NCBI GenBank assembly: GCA_002189035.1
Contig: NEEC01000004.1
Coordinates: forward strand, 5,270,001-5,334,000
DNA: 64,000 nucleotides
From: Utricularia gibba
Lineage: Eukaryota; Plantae; Magnoliophyta
Direction: 5' to 3'
In this document: positions 35,266 through 45,888 of the stretch, piece after piece
How positions within the stretch are numbered: the stretch's first letter is position 1
How the letters are laid out: every line of letters starts with the position of its first letter
The notes under the pieces: model-generated
The model's database searches: none
What the model was told of the DNA's origin: nothing
Seen by the model: only the letters and a program-made list of their open reading frames with translations
Position numbers and translations under genes: made by a program

Positions 35266-35308
35266 TGGGCCGGTCGGAAGCCCATTCTTTAACCAGCAAA
35301 GCTGGGCT
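35266..35308. promoter_or_regulatory. Site II (TGGGCY) cluster upstream of the mL41 relic
   Basis: TGGGCC 35266-35271, AGCCCA 35279-35284, TGGGCT 35303-35308. Confidence 0.6.
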
Positions 35309-36140
35309 TGTACATGTGTTTCTGATAATATCACTCGGTGTTCCAGCTTCGGCCCAAGATGAAATCCACATGCTTAAAAAGATATTAATATATTACATTT
35401 TTATTATCCAATAAACCATTGTTTTAAAATCCAGCATGATTACATTTGAGAAGGGATTCACCTTAATTCTTTTAAATAATATTTTTATTTTTAAAATATA
35501 TTGAAGTAAATTAATCACAAATTATTGAGCTTATTAAAAAACGGGTTCATTTTATTTTTTTTAAATACTATAATTATAAAAAATAATTAATTAACATAAA
35601 CCGTTATATTGAATTTTCAAGAAGTGTTTATTATCAAATTTTAGATCATATCTCAACAATTAAAACTTTCAAAATAGAGAGCTTAATTAACCGATTGGTA
35701 TTGAGAACACAATTTAAAATCCCTAAATTTCTTCATACTATGAGCATGTATGCATGGCTGCATGATGATGCTGATCACCTTGTGCAGAAGTTCTTCACTA
35801 GAATGCGAAGATAATCCGAGTCGAGAATAGGGTAAGAGTGCACAGGTAATAGATTTATTGTGGCATTAACAAAGTAGGAAATCAAGAACACGATGATGAG
35901 GATGAAGGGAAAAATCAGGCGTCCAGTTTGAGGGAGTGTTTGCTGCGTTTCCATATCAAAGAATAATCCAGAAGGGTTGATGTTACTCGGGAATATTTTT
36001 CTATGCAGACTTTGAATGATCAGAACTGAAGGTTGCACGCTCTTCGCTCAAAGACGATTTCCTGGGGGGAGTTCGAATCGTTAGCGTCGGAGGTTTCATA
36101 GTTGGAGGAAAGATGTCTGAACTGGGACAAGTAGAATGCC

Positions 36141-38583
36141 TCACCAGATGACATCCTTATGGTCCGAGGTTGATGACAAGGAGGAGGGTCCTTGGACGCT
36201 CTGTGATTCCGCCGCCGCGTTCAGGCGCAACCATCCGTCTCCGCCGCTGAAATCAAACGCAATCATCAAACATCAGTGATATGATACGTGAAACAGCTTT
36301 GAAAAAGGAAACCCTTATGTGTGGTGAGTGGTCGGGCTATCTGATCATGATTATGTGTACTTAATCCTAAATAAGTAATGACATTCTTCTACTTGGTCAC
36401 TTCAGACAACAGAGAACTCGAAGAAAAGAGGATAGCACTGCAGACAGTGTGAATCAGACACTGGGTCCTTTTGTTCGTATGACTTCACGTGACCAGCATA
36501 AAAACAAAGGTAGTAGTGTTATTAAATGTTAGCAGTGATGCAGTAAAGTGAAAGCTTACACACGCACATTAATGGTGCTGCTTTCTTTCATCTTATCCTA
36601 ATTCATCTTTTTGGCCATGGAGCTTCATCCCCAGGCCTGACTCCACAGTCATCCCCATTTTGAAACCCAGGTGAGCCATTCTTGACTCAATGGGTTTTTA
36701 GGACGATTCCGGTGCCGACCATGTTTGCTTTGGTCTCCCGGGCAGAATGGGGAAGAAAGCAAAGGTCCCCGGTTGGTTATGGATGCTTTAATTTATTTTT
36801 CAAGATTTTCTGACAACAAAAAGGGATGCATCGAGAAGATAGTGCGCTTGAGTGAGTTCAGGTAACATGCAAAAGGAAAAGAGAAAGATTTGATGATCAT
36901 TATTACTCCATGATATCCTCCTGTCGTGGGGGGGTGACAGTTAAGGCATACTCAGCTCACGTTTCTAAAGAAGGTTGGTGTGCATAGACCCTAAAATGAT
37001 CAGTGCTTTTGTGCTTCTTCCTCTATAGTGTTACCTGTGAGAAGGGTGCCTCCAAATGCTGGGTGTGTAATTGGGATCAGACTCGTGTTGCGGATCGGCA
37101 AATGGCCGGATTCCGATGGATCGGGCTCGCCGGGGGAGAGGTCATCTTCGCCGGATACTTCTGATTGCCCTAAGTTAAGAAGGCAAGAAACAAGCTCCTT
37201 AGTTGTTATAAATCTTGTTGGGAGTGCGTTGTTAGCTCGACATTAAAAGCCATGAGATTACCTGAAGAAGCTGCAGGCTTGTCAGTGGTCTTAACAGTTC
37301 GATACATCTGCAGGATAATAAGACAAGTTTAAAGGACGAGCAAGGAGACGAATAAATACTCAGTGCTTTGAATTAGACACGGACTATTCTAATTTTGATT
37401 CAGAACTCTCTCTCAAAAACCCTATACGTGTATGTTTTCTTGGCCCCGAACTGGTTATCTTTTCTTTTTCAGAGAAGGGGGAGACGAAGGTGAGAAGCGT
37501 TATTGAGAAATGATGACTCTTTTTGGTCCATTCCAAAAATCTGTTTCTTCTGCTACAGTCTCTCTGCCATTTCTATCCAACTCTTGTCCCAACGCTCCGT
37601 TCTTTAAATTCAATTCTGAGCTCTGAAGTCATCGGCTACCGTGCCGGAGAAATAAGCGGAGACCCCAAACAAAACGCAGACAGAAAAAGACTTGACAGGT
37701 TTTCAAAAATTCATTATATTTTTGTTTCTCTCTTCTGGATCTGATTCTCGGAGTACCTGCAAATGGCTCTTCACATGTGCGAGCGTGAGATCTTTGACGT
37801 CCATTAGCTCCAGAACTGACTTCGGTGTTGCTCCTGGAAACCAACACCCAGAATGAATCGACCCTCATAACGTAAAAGTGACGAATTAAGAAGACCATAG
37901 AATGAAGAAGAACTACTTTCGTGACCGCCGAGGAGCTCAACTGCATGAACAAACCGAGCGTGAAGGCTACTTGTCCATCTCATTCTCGGTGCTCGCATGC
38001 TCCGTTTGGGAGGCATCTTGGGGACGAATCTCGATCTCATTATTCCATGATGTGGGGGCTCCGGCAAGAGCCCCACGCCGTAGTGCTGCGGCTGAAGCAC
38101 GGGGAATCTGGAGCGGTAGGCGGCGGAGGCGGAAGGGTTATGATCCAAGCCTCCGGCGAAATAAGGGTGAGAGATAGACGTGGGAGGAGAAGAAGAAGGC
38201 ATTTGATAAAATCTGTTGGGAAATACGCCGGTGAATTTGGAAAAGGACAGCAAATCGCCGCAACCCATGTTGGGATCTTTCTCTAAGGGGAACTGGGGGT
38301 TCGTTGGGTACACCGGAATCCCCTTTATCGGCCGGATTCCACCGTGGTGACTAGGTGAACATTGATGATAAGGGTTTTGCTCCTTTTCGCTCCCCGGAGC
38401 GTCGGTTGTTTGGGTCGTGGCTAAGGAGAGGTCTGTATCGAGGTCAAAAGTATGAAGAGAAACGCAGGCTTTTGAAGCGCAAATCTTCGAGGAGGAAGAC
38501 TCACAGTTCGGGAGACTGATTTGGAGAGACAGATCAGGGATTTTACTGGAAGAGAGCTCCAAGAAAACACCTTCAACGGACAT
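36141..38583 (-). CDS. KAN: KANADI (GARP/Myb-like) transcription factor, KAN1-like; 3' exons tentative, probable frameshift in exon 4
   Basis: MSVEGVFLELSSSKIPDLSLQISLP, RPIKGIPVY, KRSMRAPRMRWTSSLHARFVHAVELLGGHE|RATPKSVLELMDVKDLTLAHVKSHLQ|MYRTVKTTDKPAASS|GQSE. Probable exon 5 at 36246-36141 (GGDGWLRLN). Confidence 0.9.
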
Positions 38584-41500
38584 TTTTTTCCTCCTCTTTA
38601 CAGACTGGGTTCGCAGTTGCAGCAGCGGAAGCAGCAAGATATATACATACAATACGTTACACGTATGACCCAAAAAGAAAAAGCCTTTATCTTTGCAAAA
38701 GGCGAAGGAATGAATCGGTTTCAAAAGACGAAAACAATATACACATATGCAGAGAAAGGAGCAAGAAACATCAGATTCCACGATAACCCCATCCCACCAA
38801 AGAAATCCCGAAACTAAAAACCCGGAAACACCAAGAAGCTGCTGCAGATCGTGAATTCGACCCCCGAATCGTGAAAAAGACAACCCCACCGGTTCTCTTT
38901 CTGTTTTTGTAGAAAGCGCAGAAGAGAAAGATGCCGAGGAAAAAAACTCCGACCGGCCGGGGGCGATACAGCAAACAGAAAGAAACAATTGATATGGGAA
39001 TCGTAAAATATGTGGGTGGGGATGTGGTATTTGCCTTTAGTTTCTCGAGTCAAGTCCCCCCAAATTTAAAATAATATATTAATATTTTAAAATAAAAAAA
39101 TAAGAAAACTACCTCAAATTTTCTGAAAAAAACAAAATAATAAGAATAATAATATAATCCATTTTCCGGGATTCCTTTCCCCCAGTCTCTACGCTTCACC
39201 ATTCTCCAGGAAATTGTCCGAAAAAAAGATAACTAGAAAAAACAAATGAAATGTCAGTGTAATGTCAGGAAGTTACGAACGGTTGACAATTGAATATTAG
39301 ACACATTTTTTAATTATTATAAAAAAACAAGAAAATGGAAGGTGCAAAAAGATGAGAAATGGGTGTAGATGTGGGCCCAGATTCCGAAAACGAAGGGACG
39401 CAGAATTATATCTCCAACCCTATATCACTTGTAAAACACAAATTAAGCAGTTGTTAATTAATAATATTTGATCCAGTGTCCGTGTGCCCAAGTCGACGCT
39501 TTTCTTCCTCTTTTCCAGAAGAAAAAAATAATACGTAGTGTGATGGTGTAGGTGTTCGTCGGCTACGGATGTTTTTCTGGTGAGGGTGAAGGGATCCGGC
39601 AGCCGCCGTGCATGAGGCATGCTTCGGATTCCGGTCGCCGGTGTGGCGGCGTTGAGAGCCAGTCTCCGACGGTGGAGCTTCTTCCGAACCATCGGAAACT
39701 AATGGGTCCGCGCAATTGCACTTAGTAATAGTAGTAGAATATTATTTGTCGTGTGTTAGAATAGAAATATTTTTTAAATAAATGAATTTACGTTTCAACA
39801 TAAGAAAATTTAATGAATATATAATTCATGATATAGAAAATATCACTATTTATCAGATGTGTAATTACCAAAATGACCTTCGAAGTCGTCTTACATTCGT
39901 GTCCCTATTCCTACCAGATGCCATGCTTCCTTCCAGAAACTGTAACGGGAGGCCGGGCGCCGTGAGGTAAGCCGTTCCGACAATTTGCCGGTGCAGTTGA
40001 AAATGCTCCGGCTGCCGGAACTCTTGCTTCGTTGCTGCGCGCAATGCACAGCATACCCTATTCTTTTGTTTTACAGTTGTTCAAAACCCTAGGGTGAAGG
40101 GAATTAACCTCGCGTGAATGAAAAAGTACATCGAGTTTTCAACAGAAGGTTTTAATTACCGTTACTGTGGTAGTTAAAATGCCGCAAGTCTAAGACAGGG
40201 TTTCTCCGGTGATATTACTGATGGAATTAATGTGGCATTTGATTAACACAACAACATCGGATTCAATTTCCTTCAAATTCAAGACAGAATTGTGTTCTCC
40301 AGATTGATGGTTTTTTGGGTTCATCGCTTCAAGTACATGAGCATGATATCGTATTTGATAGACTCGTTTACATTTAGAAACATACATGCTTTGTGTTAAT
40401 GAACATATATTCTCTAATAAACGCATAATTTCTAAATAGGAGAATTCAAACTAGAGTTCTCTTAATCAAGCTACTTAGACTAAACAATCCATTATCGAGA
40501 AATTAAAGTAATATTATCTTTTTAAATATGATTCATATTTTTTATAAGTTTTACATACTTGTTTACTTAATCTATTGAATATTTAATTTCAATATAATTT
40601 CAGAACGTTTTATTTGAAGTATGCCTTGAAAAGTCAAGATGGCCTTACTACTGGTATGAGTTTCGATTAAAAAAAAATTACAAGATGTAAGGTTTAAATG
40701 ATAAAAATTAGATGAATTTATAAATAAAGTATTACCTACAAATTATGTATCAATAGTAATTGATTAAAAATATTTTTAAAAAAATATAATTTATATTTAT
40801 TGCATATTTAGGTTTCATATACGTACTCAACCAACCATTGGATTCTTAATTTTAATCAAATAACTTACAAAAAACCTCTGAAATATATAATATTTTTTGG
40901 GGAATTGAAAAAAGGGGGTGGACCTGTGGATGAGGACCGATGGTGGGTGTGCAGAGAAGAGGAAGCTCTTGCACATTACATGGATACTTTATGGCAATAG
41001 AGAAAGACATGTAATTGTCATCCCTTTGGGCAACGCATGCCTACATGTGCACACAGGAACCTCTTCATTTCCTTTGTCATCGCAGGAAAGCGAGGTCAAG
41101 TCGTCGTTCCTTTGACGCTTTGTCGACTCCATTCCATATGCTGTTGCGCTGCTGCAATAAAAGCGTCGGAGACTCACGCACTCCTGCCAGCGACCACTCC
41201 AGCATTAGAAAATGGGATGTTCTGCCCCCGGTGCCATTACATGTTAGAACAATCTTGGAAAGAAAAAGAAAAAGAAAAAGAAAACAACCGGGCCTCTAGA
41301 TGGGGAAATCAAGAGCGAAATTCACCTGTTATCTCATATCAAGATGCAATCTTCAAGATGACTCTGGGATTAAGTGTCACGATCCAATGAAGGATCTAAA
41401 ATGGTGAAGAATTGGGTTGGATATGAAATTCGCATAATCGGGCGAAGGGTCACTTTCACGATTTACGTAAATGTGAGACGTTCTTCTCCATATGTCGGTC

Positions 41501-44035
41501 TTTCGTCCGGCAGCGCACAACTCCATCGGGCTTCTGGTCTTACGCCTTCGCCTGTAATAACCGGAGAAGAAGACTCTGGGAAAGGGGGATGCGAATCCCG
41601 GTTGGCAGCAAATTCCCACAACGCAGACCCTGGTGAGTTAGTCTGTATTTCCTCTGGGGAGAGGGTACAGCAGCAGAGACCATCACATTCTTCTTATTCT
41701 GGGCGGGAATCTTCCCCCATTGCGACCTTTCCAACATGAATAGGAACGCAGTTCACGTACAGGGGGCGAGAGAGAGAGGGAGTCGTCTCCCCCGCAAGCT
41801 ATGCCGTATATCATCAAGTGCAGCAGAAATGGGAATGGCGGGGGAGGTGCTTTCTGTGGAAAGACGGAGCCGCCCCTGATGGGTCTCCGTCACCCACCTT
41901 CTTGGCATTAATTTCCCCCCTTCCCCTCTGCCGTCAACATCGCCTTTACTCCGCAGGCCGCCCCCATTTTTCTGTTTTTGTTTTTATGTTGAGAAGGGGC
42001 ACAGAGAAATGACAAACGCAACGGGTTTGATTCCTGGCCTCAGGGAATATATACTAACTTGTAATATTAAAAGAAAAGGAAAGAAAAAATGAATAATAGC
42101 AACAGACAGAGTAGAAGAAAACAAACTGTGGGGGGTTGAGAAGGTGACAGCCTCGAAAAATGATTTTCTTACAATGAAGAAAAAAATACGAAGAAGAAGA
42201 AGAAGAAATACGCTCAGTTCAGACAGTGGAAGAAAGCGACAGAGGTGAGCAAAAATGATTCTGTAATCGATTGCCTTATGATTGTAACAACAAAAGGGTA
42301 ATTTGAATAACGGGCCTACTAACTTCCTGGGCTATCGGGTTTCGGGCCCGAAACTAAATTGGGCTAAAATGTTCATGGGCCCTCTCAGTCCATCAAGGTG
42401 GACATTTCATGTAAACAGTCATCTACCTTCTTTATTGATACATGCCTTTTTTTGTATTACGCTTTGTTTTTGCCTTTTGGTTTCGCTGTCAGTCACAATG
42501 CTTAAAACAGAATATGAATATATTTTCATTCTTAAAAACTACAATATTTCATATAATGCAAGAATGACCTTATTATCATTCTTAATAAAATGAGAATGTA
42601 AAATGAAAAAATTGTTCAAAACATATCCTTAGAATACATTTTATCCTTCAACATTTTGTGAAATTTTTTATCATCCTAAGTGATAAGTTTTATCTTATAC
42701 AAATGAATTATCACACTGGAGCACATATAAGGAAACCATTCATGGCTTATAGGTGTAATATGCAACTACCCCTTGTTCAAACAAGTAATCTCATAATGAT
42801 AAATGAAAGTTAAATAGTAAAGTACACAATAGATTACAAATTACTAATAATTAGTTGGATCAAATCTTTTTGATATGATCTAAATTTTTTTATGCATATG
42901 ATTGTACGTTTCAAGTATGCTCGTGTTACACATCCAATACTTAATTTCAACAACCCCAAATGCATTAAATCAAGATTGTGACTCTCGATGGCCTTGAAAA
43001 GCAACTTCATACGGAATCATTCAATTTTTCTGTAGAAAAGGATACAACTTTGAAAAATGAAAGAGTCAATCCATGGGCCAGTTGAGAGTTGGAAAGGCAT
43101 GAGATGACGTTCCATCAATTTATAGAACAGTTTTTGTTATCAAATACGATCAATAATTTGGAAAGTTTAAACTTATCAACTAATATTTTTTCCCAAACAA
43201 ACTCTTACACTTCTCAGTATACCTTGCAGTCAGGTGGTTGATTTTCCAACATTGGCGGGCGGTTGACAAAGTGATCTGTGTTCCTGGCTGGGGAGGAGAT
43301 CGGAAATCCAATGAGACAACATGCGAACCCTTTTTGATGACAAGGGTTGATGGAATAATAAGAAACAAAGGAGAGGGAGATTGATTCACCAGAAGTTAGA
43401 TAATATGACTCAATTAAAAGAAGTGATAAGAGATCCATAATTCAACATTTGAGGTCATAAATGATACCTTTTGAGTTTTGACGTCTCCTCCATTCATATG
43501 GAGGAGAATGCAGAAAAAAAATAACTGGGACGAAGACGAATCAACATGAATAATGAGAAGGTAACATGAGAATAAACAATGCAACAGCAAGTACATGGCT
43601 ATGAGTGTTAACAGCTGCAGTTGTAGTTGCATTCCTATTCCAATACAACACACATGAATTTCGATTCCGCATCGGAATCAACAGTGCATCGCTTTACAGA
43701 TACATGAAATGGCAGCAGCTCATACAGATGAAAGAAATCTTATTCAAGTTCAACAAGCAACTCACATAGAAAAGCTTTTCCAGATTGCTTTTGTTTGTTT
43801 TCCCGTGGCAGAATCAGAGGTTCCTTTGAATTTCCTGGAAAATGTACAAGGAGGGGATGAAAGCAACGGTAGTTTAGGAGGGGGGTCGGAACTGAGCTTG
43901 GACGGAGGTAGAAGAAAGGATAAGTTTACAGTACACAAAACCCACAGTGAATTGAACTTGACACTTGTATGTACATGAGGAGTGGGGCCGCGGTTTCAGA
44001 TTCTTTGAAAGGTGGGAAATTTGGTGTGGAGCTAC

Positions 44036-44506
44036 TCACTGCCTGAACTCAGACAAGAGCCGATCCAGTAAATCAGTTCCCAAATCTTCAAGCACCACCA
44101 AACCTTCTTCTTTACTTCTCTTCGTCGCCCCAGAGCTCTTGCCTCTTTTCTCCTTCCTGTGGAGCTCTTTGAGAGCCTTAGCTGGAGACACACCTTTTGC
44201 ACATTTGTAATTCAACTTGGCGAGCGATTCCGCCACGACACTCAATGGAAAATTCAGCTGCGCCGAAGACCCTCTCAAGGCTAATGCTGCTTGATCATAG
44301 GCTAGAGCTGCCTCCTCTGCTGTATCGAACGTTCCGAGCCAAACCCTAGTCCCGTTTCTAGTGGAATCTCGAATCTCCGCCGCGTATTTCCCCCAGGGGC
44401 GTGTTCTTAGGCCAATGAAGCGGCTTTTCGAGGTGGCGCCGGCGGAGGATCCCCCGTCTGATAGACAAATTTGGGATTCTTCCTTCTCAACGGAAGATAG
44501 ATCCAT
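44036..44506 (-). CDS. Small AP2/ERF group IX transcription factor with C-terminal EDLL activation motif (ERF095/096/098-like), copy A
   Basis: [49 protein letters not shown] and [16 protein letters not shown]; intronless. Confidence 0.95.
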   Translation of the reverse strand: MDLSSVEKEESQICLSDGGSSAGATSKSRFIGLRTRPWGKYAAEIRDSTRNGTRVWLGTFDTAEEAALAYDQAALALRGSSAQLNFPLSVVAESLAKLNYKCAKGVSPAKALKELHRKEKRGKSSGATKRSKEEGLVVLEDLGTDLLDRLLSEFRQ

Positions 44507-45451
44507 TCCTGAAGCGAGTGGTTATCCTGTTGCTCTTGACCAAGTCCAGGAACCCAAATGCTTGTCAAGGGAAAGCCAGGCCAGGGAACCACAAAACCTC
44601 ATCGCGTTTGTAAATAAAAAATATATATGTATATAATTGGTTTTCTTTTATTTGAATTTCTGGCTTGTCATGGGCGCCTTGCCCTAGAGAAATATCCACT
44701 CTAGGAATCGAAGGCCACACTTCGAGGGGTTATACTTTTTTAGTACAGTGAACTCAAAACCGATGGTGCTAACATACAATAGCCATGATAGTGAACTGTA
44801 AATGTGAAGTTCCGATTGTAGACGGTGGTGACCGGTGCATCGGTTCTTCTGAAGGATCGGAAATTGTGAGGGTGCTGCGGTAGTCGGGCGGGTGGTGTAG
44901 GAATGATGCTGACACCCCGGCGAGAAGGGAAGGGGTTGCGTTTACAAGTCGGAGGATTTGTGATTAGGAACAACGACGTCGCCAGTCGGATGGGAAATCG
45001 CGAAACCGAAGTAATGTTAAGAGAAAGCCAAAATGGGGGAAAAAGACATCGCCGGCATGATGGATCGATCATCGGTCGCCGACGAAAGTAAACAGAAGGT
45101 GTTAGCCGTTGACTTTTCGTGGCTGATTTTAGAAAAAAGCAATGCGTCACGCGAGCTCTTTTCCCTTCTTCTTCTTATCGCTTTCCATCTTTTTTCTTAT
45201 TTCTTTTTTCCCGCAACGCCGGGATCGGATTTATCCGGACACCTGCTTCGTGAAGCCACGGCGGTTTTCGGACAAGAGGGAAGAGGATGCAGTATGCAAG
45301 ACCCGGAATTTATTCTGAATATGGAAATTCGTAATATATACATGAACATCAACCCCGTTACCGGAGCATTTCTTTCGCAAACATGGCAGCTGCAGATTCA
45401 ACGAAGGCAGTTGAAGCGACGACGCTACATTCACAAGACACAGATGGGGAT

Positions 45452-45888
45452 TTACTCACTAACCGAGCTCTCAGACAAGAGTTCGTCAAGCAATTCCTGA
45501 CCCAAGTCTTCCAGAACAACCAGATAATCTTCCTTCATCGCTTCAATTCTCTTGGAAGAGGACCCTCTCTTAGCCTTCCTGTGGAACTCCTTGATCGCTT
45601 TAGCAGGCGATTCCCACTGCGCCCAGTTAATATTCAGTCCGGCAAGCGATTTCTCAACGAAACTCCACGGAAAATTCAGTTGCGCCGATGCCCCCTCGTT
45701 TTTAATGCAGCTTGATCGTACACCAAGGCAGCTTCCTCTGCGGTGTCGAAGGTTCCCAGCCAAACCCTATTCTTGGTGCGGATGGAATCTCGAATCTCCG
45801 CCGCGTATTTTCCCCACTTTCTTTCTCTTACACCCAGGAGCCGCTTCTTGTCTGAGGTGGAGGCCGTTGGGGTTGGTTCTTGATCCAT
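45452..45888 (-). CDS. Small AP2/ERF group IX EDLL-type factor, tandem copy B, apparent -1 frameshift at 45691-45695
   Basis: ATG 45888, [17 protein letters not shown]...[24 protein letters not shown]; the second frame continues ASAQLNFP...[16 protein letters not shown]. Confidence 0.9.

Noticed and set aside
36060-36090. GAGTTCGAATC resembling a tRNA T-loop/B-box
   Set aside because: No A-box, acceptor stem or cloverleaf.
36622-36632. GCTTCATCCCC matching the 3' half of miR165, inside the KAN locus
   Set aside because: Only 11 nt, the 5' half is absent, and no complementary arm was seen.
38584-38988. 135-codon in-frame extension upstream of the KAN ATG
   Set aside because: Begins at a non-ATG codon and has UTR-like low-complexity composition; KAN homology starts at MSVEG.
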